NCBI GenBank assembly: GCA_965262715.1
Contig: OZ253553.1
Location: 64,001 to 128,000, forward strand
Reading direction: 5' to 3'
Length of the DNA stretch: 64,000 nucleotides
Origin: Bdellovibrionales bacterium
GTDB lineage: Bacteria > Bdellovibrionota > Bdellovibrionia > Bdellovibrionales > JAUICD01
In this document: one piece after another, positions 40,499 to 51,079 of the stretch
Numbering within the stretch: position 1 is the stretch's first letter
Layout: each line of letters opens with the position of its first letter
The notes under the pieces: model-generated
Databases searched by the model: none
What the model was told of the DNA's origin: nothing
Seen by the model: only the letters and a program-made list of their open reading frames with translations
Position numbers and translations under genes: made by a program

Positions 40499-41788
40499 AT
40501 GAAAAATTTAGTTCCTCTTCTTCCTACTTTAATTATTTTTCCAATAGGAGTTTTATTTTTTGAAAGTCCAGTGACAAAGCTTGTTTGGGCCATATTGGGA
40601 CTTCTATTTTTACAGAAAGTTAGTTCTCTAGTTCGGAATATTCAGTCCTCTCTTCCTATGCCAAGAGCATGGGGATGGCTTGCTTATTTATTTTTGTGGC
40701 CTGGAATGCGGCCAGAGGTTTTTACTAAACATTCACCGAATAATAAACCCTTGGGATATGTATTTGTCACAGGATTTTTATTTTTTATCCTCGGCTTTGG
40801 AACTCAAATCATTCTCTTTTTATATTGGGATTACCTCCCTACATTTATACGACCTTATTTGGGGTTGTTTTCCTTCTTGATTTTAATTCATTTTGGTTTT
40901 TCTTCTATTCTCTTTGTTGTCTTTAGAATTTCTGACTGGAAAGTTGAACCTCTTTTTATGTCACCTTTATTGAGCACCTCTCTTCGAGACTTTTGGAGCT
41001 GTCGATGGAATCTTGCTTTTGTCGATATGAATAAACGTCTTTTCCTTCCATTTTTTTCAAAAAAATTACCAAAAATGATAGGCTTTATTGGCATTTTTCT
41101 CTTATCAGGAATATTACATGAAATAGGAATTAGTTATCCAGCAAATGGTGGATGGGGAGGACCATTCTTGTACTTTTTTATTCATGGTGGACTAACCTGT
41201 ATAGAATCCAAAATTCCAATATTAAAGTTACCTTTATATGGAAGAATTTGGCTTTGGACTTGTATTCTTATTCCTCTACCTCTTTTATTTCACCAGCCAT
41301 TTATAGATACATTTATAGAGCCATATTTCATGTTTGGGTATAACTTTGTAAATTCATTAGAATTTGCAGAGATTCTTGAATGGGCCATTTTTATTTCTGG
41401 TTTTGGACACCTTATCATTTTGATAGCAAGTTTTCAGGTTCCAAAAAAATTAAATTGGAAAGAAGAACTCTCAAAATTAAGATCCTTTAACCAAAAGATC
41501 TTTTGGACCTACGGAGGCTATATAGTCTTTTGTATTATTTCTTTTGCCTTAGTGGATATTTTCAGCGCAACAGCTATTTTAGAAGCACATTCCAGTTCTC
41601 TTGCAATTGCGCTATTTATTGCTCTTTTTTGGACAATAAGAATAATTGTTGATCTTCTTTATTACAAACATACAGATTGGCCACCGGGAGAGGAATTTAT
41701 CGTAGGTCATATTTGTTTAACCACACTCTTTTGTATTTTAGCACTGACTCACTGGAGCCTTGTTTTATGGCAGATAGCTTTGATGTAA
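40499..41788 (+). CDS. MBOAT_2 (wax-synthase-like) membrane acyltransferase with extra C-terminal membrane domain
   Basis: SLRDFWSCRWN, FLLSGILHE; many TM helices. Confidence 0.8.
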   Translation: MKNLVPLLPTLIIFPIGVLFFESPVTKLVWAILGLLFLQKVSSLVRNIQSSLPMPRAWGWLAYLFLWPGMRPEVFTKHSPNNKPLGYVFVTGFLFFILGFGTQIILFLYWDYLPTFIRPYLGLFSFLILIHFGFSSILFVVFRISDWKVEPLFMSPLLSTSLRDFWSCRWNLAFVDMNKRLFLPFFSKKLPKMIGFIGIFLLSGILHEIGISYPANGGWGGPFLYFFIHGGLTCIESKIPILKLPLYGRIWLWTCILIPLPLLFHQPFIDTFIEPYFMFGYNFVNSLEFAEILEWAIFISGFGHLIILIASFQVPKKLNWKEELSKLRSFNQKIFWTYGGYIVFCIISFALVDIFSATAILEAHSSSLAIALFIALFWTIRIIVDLLYYKHTDWPPGEEFIVGHICLTTLFCILALTHWSLVLWQIALM

Positions 41789-41827
41789 AATTGAAACTAT
41801 GCTCCTTAAGCAAAGGAAAAAATCTAC

Positions 41828-43174
41828 CTAATGTGATGTCTGTTGTTGGATATGTTTTTGCCATATCTTGGCTTCGTGTATGGTTTCTGTGACATCGATT
41901 GTTTTGAGGTTTCCTTCTTGCAACACACGACGTCCTGCCACCCACACCTCTTGGACGTGACCACGTGTTGCTGTGTACACAATCTGAGAAATAGGATTAT
42001 AGACCGGTTGTGTATCTGGTCCACGAAGATCAATAGCCACAATGTCTGCTGCTTTCCCCGGCTCAAGTGATCCAATCTGATTTTCAAGTCCGAGACTACA
42101 AGCTCCACCAAGGGTCGCCATATGTAGTATCTCTGTAGCCGAGTTGGCTATTGGATTGTTGGCCTTGAATTTGCCAAGGAATGCTGCTGTACGCATCTCT
42201 CCTAGCATATCCATGTCGTTATTGCTTGCTGCTCCATCTGTTCCAATTGCAACATTGACGCCAGCTGCTGTTAGTTGAGGGACCGGGCAAATACCGCTTG
42301 CTAGTTTGAGATTTGATTCTGGACAGTGCAGGACCGATGCGCCACTACAAGCTAGCATCTCGATTTCCTCTGAAAGTAGCTGTGTCATGTGAACAGCAGC
42401 AAGCCGTTTATTGACAAGGCCAAGCCTGTCTAAGGTTGCAAGAGGACGTTCTCCGGTTTTATTTACTGCGTCTGCAACCTCTTGCTGTGTTTCCTGTAGA
42501 TGGATGTGTACCGGCAAATCAAATTGAGCAGAAAGCTCCCTTACTTGCTCTAAAGCTGGTTCATCGACCGTATAGAGTGCATGGGGTGCAAGTGCAGTTG
42601 TGATCATAGGATTGTCAGAAAAGGCACTATGTACTTCAAGTCCTCTTGAAAAGTACGATGCTATATCCTTTGCCCAAACAGTAGGTGTGTTCATGACTAT
42701 GAGACCGAGTACAGCACGAATACCCGCTAAATTGGCAACTTCACCTACTATATCAGGAAAGAAGTACATGTCGTTAAAGCAGGTTGTACCACTTTGCAAC
42801 ATTTCTGCAACAGCCAAGCGTGTTCCTGAACGTACAAATTCCTCTCTAAGGAACTGAGCTTCCAAAGGCCAAATGTATTTAGTCAACCAATCATAGAGAG
42901 GTATGTCATCAGCAATGCCACGAAACAAGGTCATTGGAGCATGAGTGTGAGCATTAACAAAACCTGGCACCAAAGCATGACCATTAAGATGTATTTTCTC
43001 TTTAGGGATAAACTTTGCCTCCAGTTCCTGTGGAGTTCCTAGAGCGACAATTGCTCCATCACTCACTGCAATTGCGTGGTCGTTGAAAACACATCCGACA
43101 GGCTTGACAGGAATGATCCACGAAGCATCCAGTAGGAGATCTATAGGCTCTTTTTCTTTAATGTGTGATTCCAT
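41828..43174 (-). CDS. mtaD: TRZ/ATZ amidohydrolase (MTA/SAH deaminase-like)
   Basis: PGFVNAHTH, HIHLQET, HCPESNLKLASG, GTDGAASNN. Confidence 0.85.
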   Translation of the reverse strand: MESHIKEKEPIDLLLDASWIIPVKPVGCVFNDHAIAVSDGAIVALGTPQELEAKFIPKEKIHLNGHALVPGFVNAHTHAPMTLFRGIADDIPLYDWLTKYIWPLEAQFLREEFVRSGTRLAVAEMLQSGTTCFNDMYFFPDIVGEVANLAGIRAVLGLIVMNTPTVWAKDIASYFSRGLEVHSAFSDNPMITTALAPHALYTVDEPALEQVRELSAQFDLPVHIHLQETQQEVADAVNKTGERPLATLDRLGLVNKRLAAVHMTQLLSEEIEMLACSGASVLHCPESNLKLASGICPVPQLTAAGVNVAIGTDGAASNNDMDMLGEMRTAAFLGKFKANNPIANSATEILHMATLGGACSLGLENQIGSLEPGKAADIVAIDLRGPDTQPVYNPISQIVYTATRGHVQEVWVAGRRVLQEGNLKTIDVTETIHEAKIWQKHIQQQTSH

Positions 43175-43524
43175 ATTTTATGCACTTTCTAAGCTAAAAA
43201 CTTCAAGAAAAAACATTCCAAAATAACTCAAAAAATAAAAGTAAGGTGCTGTTTAACGCTTCCATTTTAATAGATGTTTGCTATTTAAGTAAGTCTTTTT
43301 TGCTGTCTGAACATTTTTTTGTTACCAGTTATTTTTGATCTGATGTCTTCATTATTCCTATATTGCCATCTTTAATGATGGGATGACCATCAGCGTCTAC
43401 TTTAGGAATTAGACCTGAATACATCATATGTTCATAATTTTAAGATTGTTTTTGATAGTAGCAGTCACCAAGATGATTTAACTTGTATAGTTCTGCTAAG
43501 CCTTCTTCAATGCTGAGAATCTCT

Positions 43525-43746
43525 TTAGTTTTTTGTTTCTTGCTGTGTTGAATCATCTTTTTTTGTCTTATCTTCTACCTTATCTGTAGCCATATCTCTT
43601 TCTATTTGATTGACTCTATCCTCGTTTTTTTCTTCCACTTTTTCTATTTCACCTTTTATCGTCTCTAAGGCATTTAAGCTATTTTGATATTGAGCTTCAG
43701 CTAAGGTGGCAAATAAAAAACAAACTAATAAAAAAATAATTTTCAT
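43525..43746 (-). CDS. Small secreted protein
   Basis: Signal peptide ending AEA; AAGGAAG RBS. Confidence 0.6.
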   Translation of the reverse strand: MKIIFLLVCFLFATLAEAQYQNSLNALETIKGEIEKVEEKNEDRVNQIERDMATDKVEDKTKKDDSTQQETKN

Positions 43747-44052
43747 GATAACTTCCTTAATTTATTCTTTGTTAGAAACCTAATTACATTATATCAAACT
43801 TTTGGTTCATGACAAGCTTAATAGGAAGCTATTTACTGTTTAAGTGACATCTAGTACTAAAGTGGCATTGCTTTCATTTGGACATTGCTATTAGTTCATT
43901 AATCTTGTTGATTTTCTATGATTGTTTCAAAAAACCCCTTCAGATTAAAAGTATCTAGAGATTTTTACTTTTCTATTCTGCAATCCATATCATTTGTCTT
44001 AATTAAAAAAACTATGTATATATTTTATAGAACTGATTAGGAATAAAACAAG

Positions 44053-44454
44053 ATGGGTTTGAAATTGAATTTAAGAATTATTGATGGAAGTTATTCTATT
44101 TGTAGATTAGATGCTTCATCTAAGATACCTGATTGGGCTTTGAAAGGTGATTTCTACTCAATGGTAAAAACTAAAGACGAACTATCAATCGTCTGTGAAT
44201 CTAAAAATGTACCTACTGTTAAAAGCAGTACTGCTAAAATAGAAGAAGAAAAGAAATGGGGTCTAATAAAAATTGAAGGTCCTCTAGATCTTAATTTGAC
44301 CGGGGTTTCAGCATCATTACTAACTCCACTTGCAAAAGGGAAAGTAAATATTTTTGCAGTTTCAACTTATGACACTGATTACTTATTAGTAAAGATAGAA
44401 AAACTACAGGTTGCAAAACAAATTTTAGAAAAATCGGGCTTTAATTTTGTTTGA
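44053..44454 (+). CDS. ACT-domain protein (ACT_7/CASTOR-like)
   Basis: TKDELSIVC, GPLDLNLTGV, VSTYDTDYLLVK. Confidence 0.88.
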   Translation: MGLKLNLRIIDGSYSICRLDASSKIPDWALKGDFYSMVKTKDELSIVCESKNVPTVKSSTAKIEEEKKWGLIKIEGPLDLNLTGVSASLLTPLAKGKVNIFAVSTYDTDYLLVKIEKLQVAKQILEKSGFNFV

Positions 44455-44593
44455 TTAAAAAATTGATTTGAATAAAATTTTTAGTTGTATCCATAGTTTC
44501 ACAGATTAAGTAAGACAGTGATACAACTTTTTTTACCTTATTTATCTTATACTTTTTTATTATTTAAATTGGGCTATATATTGCCATTTTCCT

Positions 44594-45121
44594 TTATTCT
44601 AAAGCCGTACCCCACTGGCGTGCCAGTTCAACAGCTTGCCTTCTTCTATCTATGAAACGATTTAAGGCTCTACGATTTATGTCTACCTGTCTCGCAGCTT
44701 CATTTATTCCCACACGATCTGCAAAATCAGTTACCCCAACTATATAAGTTGGAGAAAGAAATGCAACAGAGCCACTTTTTACTTTATTCCCATTTTTTTC
44801 TGCCAACATTCTTTCATGTTGATAAATCCAATGAAGGACTTTTGGATAAGGAATTTCTAAACTTTCGACAACTTTTGTAACTTCTTCTTCATAAGAAAGC
44901 TTAACAACGGCATCTATATCTTCTTGAGAATAAGAATCCAAAGTATCACCACAACTATTTAATGAAGTTAAAGGACTTGCTATTAAGTGGATTGATGGAA
45001 TTGACAAACTTAAAATAAATATGGATAAAAATATGGATATTAAAACCTTCATAAAAAGACAGGCTCCTTTATTGTGATAGAGATGGTATAAAGTACTAGT
45101 CTCTATGTCAAATGAAATCAA
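44594..45121 (-). CDS. Putative secreted protein with HTH-like repeats
   Basis: MKVLISIFL signal-like segment; GINEAARQVDINRRALNRF. Confidence 0.55.
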   Translation of the reverse strand: MISFDIETSTLYHLYHNKGACLFMKVLISIFLSIFILSLSIPSIHLIASPLTSLNSCGDTLDSYSQEDIDAVVKLSYEEEVTKVVESLEIPYPKVLHWIYQHERMLAEKNGNKVKSGSVAFLSPTYIVGVTDFADRVGINEAARQVDINRRALNRFIDRRRQAVELARQWGTALE

Positions 45122-45696
45122 TAATAGTAGCGAAGGCCTCCTAATTCTTCTAAGAGATCATCACCATCCTTAATCAGCATTTCTGCAATATCATGATGAC
45201 CATTTGCACTAGCATGTGCTGAAGCTGTTATACCATTTTTATCTTTTCTATCTGTAAGAGCAAGTACACGGACTAGATTAATAACATCTGCTTTATGGCC
45301 ATTTTTAGCTGCATGCATTAAAGCCGTCATACCGTTAGAATCAGTTTCATTTACGTAAAATGTAAATATAATTTGTACTCCGACCACATCTAAAGGCAGC
45401 TTGAAAGCATGTCTTCTCGCAAGCCTTAATACAGAATTGACATAACCACTTTGAGCGACTTGTATTAAATCTGTTTCATCTTGTTTACCTGTAAATTCTA
45501 TGCCATTACGTTGTGCTTTTAGTTTTTCAAAGGCTAATTGTATTGATTCTTTTATTGATTTATTTCTACTTATAGATGTTGTTAAAGCTATATGACATCG
45601 TTTGATTATATCGAATATACCTCCATTTGCAACAGAAGCTCCAAAGGTTAGGCTCGTACAAAGAGTAACGACCAAGAAAAAATTCAGATATTTCAT
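45118..45696 (-). CDS. Secreted ankyrin-repeat protein
   Basis: Signal peptide; DSNGMTALMHAAKNGH. Confidence 0.8.
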   Translation of the reverse strand: MKYLNFFLVVTLCTSLTFGASVANGGIFDIIKRCHIALTTSISRNKSIKESIQLAFEKLKAQRNGIEFTGKQDETDLIQVAQSGYVNSVLRLARRHAFKLPLDVVGVQIIFTFYVNETDSNGMTALMHAAKNGHKADVINLVRVLALTDRKDKNGITASAHASANGHHDIAEMLIKDGDDLLEELGGLRYYY

Positions 45697-46084
45697 AACT
45701 TACCTTCTTTGTTAAGTTTGTTAAGGATTGAATATAATTGGATATAGAATAAAGATTAAAAAAATCAAATCAATTCACTTCTTAATAGAAATTCCTCATC
45801 AGAAGTATACAAACTTTAACTCATTAAAGTTGAATATTACACAATTCATCTTAAAAACTATTGTATTGCGTAAACTACTCTATAAGATATATAGCGATGT
45901 GTTATTTGTGAAATCAATGAGAATTATGTATAAGGTTTTATAAAGCTTTTAATACTTGATAATTTAGATATTTTATTTACCTCTTTTTCTAACTTGGTGT
46001 GTTATCTTGTGTTACCTCGCATTACGTCAGAATAAAATACAAGATCTATTTGTGAGTTTTTTATGCTTATGCTATATCTCCTGA

Positions 46085-47030
46085 ATGCGATTTTTCTTTA
46101 AGCCTTTTTTAATAACTCTTATTTGTATTTTACCCTATAAAGCCAAAAGCTATACAGAGGGTTTTAACCCAGAGGCTTGTAAAGAGGCTTTATTGAGGGG
46201 TAGAAGTGATTTTTTACTAGAAGTATTCAAGGCTATAGAGCCAGATGAGTTAGAGCATTTCTTAAAAGAACAAAACTATCAGGAAAAAATGCAATGGGAT
46301 TTACAAAATAATGTCGAAGTTTTCTTTTATTATGCAATCATCTTAGGTAAACCAGAGTCCATTCAAACTCTTGTGTCTGAATTAAAGCTTGATGTGAATA
46401 TAAGAGATTCAGAAGGTAGGACACCCCTGCATTATGCTGCCTTAAACAAAGATCCATTATCCCGGTTGGATACTATTTATGCTTTAATTAAGTTAGGGGT
46501 TAATCCAGAAACCACAGACCACTTAGGTAATCCTCCGTATTTTTATGTAGAGAAAGGAAAGAGACCGTTATATCCTAAAGAGCAAAGATTAAAAGGTGCA
46601 GAGTTAGCTTTACCCCCTTATGATATTATAGGTTGGCCTTATTTACTTGGATTATTTCAAACAAGTTCAAACTCTCTAAAAAGATGGATTAAAGAGTATA
46701 GAGAAGAAAATAATATGCCGGTAGAAAATAGCTTACCTTTACCCTAGAACTGTTAGAGCAATTGAGATATTTAACCAAGGAGTAACTGTTCCAAAGATTG
46801 CTAGGAGACTTGATATACCCCAATGGAGGGTCTTAGAATTGGTTGACCCAGAGGGTGCAAATAATAGTCAAGGTGACAAAGACTTAGCCCATGTTTATCG
46901 TAGTCCAAATTTAAAAGAGGCTGTCAGGAAAGTCTTAGAGGAAGGTATGTCTGTTCAAGAAGCGGCTGAAGGCCAATTTTTTTCTGAAGAACTTTTAGAA
47001 GTGAGAGTGAGAGAAGCTCGATATCGATAA
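46085..47030 (+). pseudogene. Secreted ankyrin + HTH-repeat protein, frameshifted near 46745
   Basis: GRTPLHYAA; alternative frame PRTVRAIEIFNQGVTVPKIARRLDIPQW runs into ORF 46839-47030. Confidence 0.65.
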
Positions 47031-47144
47031 ACTTCAAAGATCAAAAAAAGAAAAATGAGTTGTGAAAAGCTTAAAATCTGGAAATGAAAGCTTATTTCTT
47101 TAAAGATTGTTTCGCTAAAGAAGAAGCCTATGATGGGAGTTATT

Positions 47145-49064
47145 CCTGACTTCGACGGTTTATGTTCGGTATTGGTTTTGTAACATTGATGGTTATAGGA
47201 TTTTGGAGTAAGTTTTCGATGTAGTGCCTAGTAACACACCATGTCAGATTATTTTTATTTTTATTTTGACTTTTTTTTTAATAAGCATTAAATTATTTTT
47301 ATGTTTGTAAGAATCAAAAGCACACCAAACAGTCCAAGGCAGTCAGTTCAGATCGTTGATTCTATCCGTTATGGCAATAAAGTTCGCCAAAAGATCATCC
47401 GTCATGTCGGAGTGGCTCAAGATGAGGATGAGCTATTTCGTCTTCAAGAGCTTGGAGAATTCATCAAAGCTAAACTAACAAATGAAAATCAATTATCTTT
47501 TTTTGCTCCGGAAGAGATTTCTAAACAAGTGATTGAGTCCAAGTTTCGTCATTGCAATAAACCCTTAAAAGTAGATCTTAAGAAACTAAGGGAAGATCAA
47601 AGAGTCATTGTAGGTATTCATGAGGTTTATGGAGCTATGTACAAGGAATTAGGTTTAGATCGCATTTTACCAGTGAGTCGTTATCATTCATCACATTGGG
47701 TTTTATTTCATACAGTGATGGCTCGGATAGCTAATCCTCAAAGTAAAAGAGAGAGCAGTCGATTTTTAGAAGAGGATTTTGGAGTTCATATTTCGTTAGA
47801 GAAGATTTATCGCATGATGGATCGTTTAGATAGCAAAAGGATAGATAAGATAAAGAGACTGGCAGGTCAAGTGGCACAAAAGGTTTTTAAAGAGCCTTTG
47901 AAAGTTTTGTTTTTTGATTGTACGACACTGTATTTTGAATCAATTATTGAAGATGATTTAAGACAAAGAGGTTACAGTAAAGATGCTAAGTTTAAAGAAT
48001 CTCAAGTGTGTTTAGCAGTCGTTGTGACCAAAGAAGGTTTTCCTGTCAGTTACGAGACTTTCCCGGGTGCTATCTTCGAGGGTCATACCTTAAATCCAGT
48101 GATAAAAGAGATGAAGTCTAAATATAACTTAGAACAAGCTATTTATGTCGCTGATAGAGGAATGTTAAGTGAAGATAATTTAAAAGCACTAGAAGATGAG
48201 AATCTTCATTATATTGTAGGAGCTAAGCTTAAGAAATTACCAAAAGTAAAACAAGAGCTTGTATTAGATAAGTCAAAGTACAAAATTGTCAGTAAACAAG
48301 AAGGTTTCAAGATTCAATCATTAGAAGATAAAGATAATAAGAGGAAAGTGATAGTTTGTTATTCTTATAAGAGAGCGGAGAAAGATCGACATGATCGTCA
48401 ACAAACTATAGATAGTTTAGTTAAGAAACTCTCAAAGGCTCAAGATGTGAAGACTTTATTAAACAATTACGGTTATAAGAAGTATTTAAAAGTCACAGGC
48501 AAGAAACAAAAGCTTTCAGTCAATGAAAATCGAGTCAAAGAAGATCAAAAGTGGGATGGTTTGTTTGGAGTCATAACAAACCTCAAAGATATGGATGATT
48601 TAGACATTATTAGCCAATATAAGGGGTTATGGCAAGTCGAAGAAACATTCCGGATAGCTAAGCATGATTTAAAAATACGTCCTATATTTCACTGGACATC
48701 AGATCGGATCAAAGCACACATAGCCATTGCTTTTATCTGTTTAGTCTGTATAAGACACTTAGCTTACAGAATTAAGATACAATACCAATCCTGTTCACCG
48801 GAAGTTATACGAAATGCTTTAATCCATGTACAGCATAGTTTATTAGTAGATCAAACCAATAACAGAAAGTACTCTATACCTTCAAATATAAGTAAGGAAG
48901 CTCTGAAAATCTATCAGATTATGGGACTTAAGCACTCTACAACACCTTATCTTATTGAATAAAAATACACTTAATACATAACTAAAAATCAATTGTAGTG
49001 CCTATGATGTAATGTATCATCCAATGATCCCAGTAACTTATAAGTTTAAACCGTCGAAGTCAGG
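47145..49064 (+). mobile_element. Complete IS1634-family element
   Basis: Perfect 18-bp IRs cctgacttcgacggttta / taaaccgtcgaagtcagg; 87-bp flanking direct repeat. Confidence 0.95.
47301..48962 (+). CDS. IS1634-family DDE transposase
   Basis: FFDCTTLYFES, GYSKD, VADRGM, LWQVEETFR. Confidence 0.95.
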   Translation: MFVRIKSTPNSPRQSVQIVDSIRYGNKVRQKIIRHVGVAQDEDELFRLQELGEFIKAKLTNENQLSFFAPEEISKQVIESKFRHCNKPLKVDLKKLREDQRVIVGIHEVYGAMYKELGLDRILPVSRYHSSHWVLFHTVMARIANPQSKRESSRFLEEDFGVHISLEKIYRMMDRLDSKRIDKIKRLAGQVAQKVFKEPLKVLFFDCTTLYFESIIEDDLRQRGYSKDAKFKESQVCLAVVVTKEGFPVSYETFPGAIFEGHTLNPVIKEMKSKYNLEQAIYVADRGMLSEDNLKALEDENLHYIVGAKLKKLPKVKQELVLDKSKYKIVSKQEGFKIQSLEDKDNKRKVIVCYSYKRAEKDRHDRQQTIDSLVKKLSKAQDVKTLLNNYGYKKYLKVTGKKQKLSVNENRVKEDQKWDGLFGVITNLKDMDDLDIISQYKGLWQVEETFRIAKHDLKIRPIFHWTSDRIKAHIAIAFICLVCIRHLAYRIKIQYQSCSPEVIRNALIHVQHSLLVDQTNNRKYSIPSNISKEALKIYQIMGLKHSTTPYLIE

Positions 49065-49192
49065 AGTTGTGAAAAGCTTAAAATCTGGAAATGAAAGCTT
49101 ATTTCTTTAAAGATTGTTTCGCTAAAGAAGAAGCCTATGATGGGAGTTATTAAATCATTTGAACTTACGTCTTAAATAATCCCTTTAATATT

Positions 49193-50551
49193 CTAATTAG
49201 GAATTACCAGTCGTTTTCCTACATGAATTAAAGAACGGTTTTTGATAGAATTAACAAAAGCTATCTTGTGAATAGGTACTTGGTACCTTCTGGAGATATC
49301 AAATAGCGTTTCTCCTTTTTTTACAATATGTATAATTTTTTCATTTATTTTTTTTGATAAACTTGCTGTTTTACGGTTTGATCCTTGTCTTTGAGATTTG
49401 CGTTGAGGTATTCTTAATACCTGACCAGCTCTGATATGATAATCTGATCTTAAAGAATTCACACTTTTAATTTTTCTGGGTGTTGTCCTAAATCGTCTTG
49501 CAATGTGAGAGACTGTTTCTCCTCTTCTCACCTTATGGTATTTCTGATTGCGTGTAGAATGAATGCGCAGTCTTTTGTGACTGACATAACTTTTTGATAA
49601 AGCTGTCTGCAAATTATCTTCTTCATTTTGAACTGGCAGTTTAAGATATTGCTGCCTATCTGAAAAAACAGGCAGATAATGAGTTAAAGCACTTGGGTTA
49701 AGGCTTTTTAAAGTATCTCTTGAAATGCCACTGTGCTTAGCCATTAAGCTTAAATCTACAGGCTCATTAATAGGCACTTTTATGTACTCTAATTGAGGCT
49801 CATAAGTGATGTTTGTAAAACCATATTTTTCAGGATTTTTTGCGATCAAGCGCGCAGCTAAAAACTTAGGAACATAATTTGTTGTTTCAATAGGTAACTT
49901 ATGTTGATATGCTAGCTCCCAAAAATCTCTAGTTTGATTTTGCATAACAATACGTTTAATTTTATTTTCGCCGGCATTGTAAGCTGCCATACTTAAATAC
50001 CATGATCCAAATAAACTATAAAGACTTTTAAGATACTCTATTGCTGCAAGAGTTGAAAGCTCTGGATCCATACGTTCATCTACATACTGATTGATTTTCA
50101 AGTCGTATCGCAGCCCCGTTCCTTTAACAAATTGCCAAAAACCCATAGCAGCTGCATGACTTCTTGCCGTCCCACTAAATCCTGACTCAATAAAGACTAA
50201 GTAGATCAAATCTTCTGGCATTCCCTCTCTTTTTAGTAAAGAAGTCATAAGTTCTTGATATTTGCCCGACCGACTTAAATAGGTTTCCATGTATGTTCGG
50301 CCCCGACCTTGAAAGTAGTCTAGCCATTTTTGTACTGACATATTCATTGTTTCAGGTATGGGTTTAAAATTTAAGTCAGGGCTAGAAAGGGTATTCTGAT
50401 TAACTGAAGGTTTTTCTAAGTTTGAAACATCTGGTCCTTCTGGAAATAAATTTTCTACAAGTTTTTCAGGCGTGGTTTGACAACTAACCACTACAAAACA
50501 AGAAAGAACAAAAAATACGACCTTTATTATAGAAGCTCTAAAAAACGTCAT
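49193..50551 (-). CDS. mltD: Membrane-bound lytic murein transglycosylase D-like, 2 LysM domains
   Basis: Lipobox, IESGF, GFWQF, AAYNAGE, ETTNYVPK, LysM repeats. Confidence 0.9.
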   Translation of the reverse strand: MTFFRASIIKVVFFVLSCFVVVSCQTTPEKLVENLFPEGPDVSNLEKPSVNQNTLSSPDLNFKPIPETMNMSVQKWLDYFQGRGRTYMETYLSRSGKYQELMTSLLKREGMPEDLIYLVFIESGFSGTARSHAAAMGFWQFVKGTGLRYDLKINQYVDERMDPELSTLAAIEYLKSLYSLFGSWYLSMAAYNAGENKIKRIVMQNQTRDFWELAYQHKLPIETTNYVPKFLAARLIAKNPEKYGFTNITYEPQLEYIKVPINEPVDLSLMAKHSGISRDTLKSLNPSALTHYLPVFSDRQQYLKLPVQNEEDNLQTALSKSYVSHKRLRIHSTRNQKYHKVRRGETVSHIARRFRTTPRKIKSVNSLRSDYHIRAGQVLRIPQRKSQRQGSNRKTASLSKKINEKIIHIVKKGETLFDISRRYQVPIHKIAFVNSIKNRSLIHVGKRLVIPN

Positions 50552-51079
50552 TTAAATACCTCACTTTTTATAATATATTTATAATATGGCATCTAATTAT
50601 TGAAATAAACTTTAAATTTTTATTTACATCATCTAATGTATTTCATTTTCTTAATATAGTTTCCTCTACTATTATATATTATAACAACTTTTTATAGTAG
50701 ACTATTGTTTTAATTATATGTTTTAATTATAATACTCATTATTGGAATTTTAGTTTATTTGTTTCTTAATAATACACTTCGGATAGATATTAAAAAAAAT
50801 AACCCCCTTTAGTACGTAATTTTATTTTTACTACTTAAATATAGAACAATTCTCATCAGTTTTACCAACTAAAATCTTATTTAATTGATATACCTTCGTT
50901 GTGATCGCATAAACAGTGTATCAATCTCAATCATACTTGAGAACAAAAATAATGACTCTGTTTAAACCTATTAGGATATTTTTGCGAATGAAAGAATTGC
51001 TGTAAGAAATACCGCTAACATCCGATAGACACCTATAAGAAGAATATATAAAATGTTTTATAAATAAAGAGGTTGGAAG

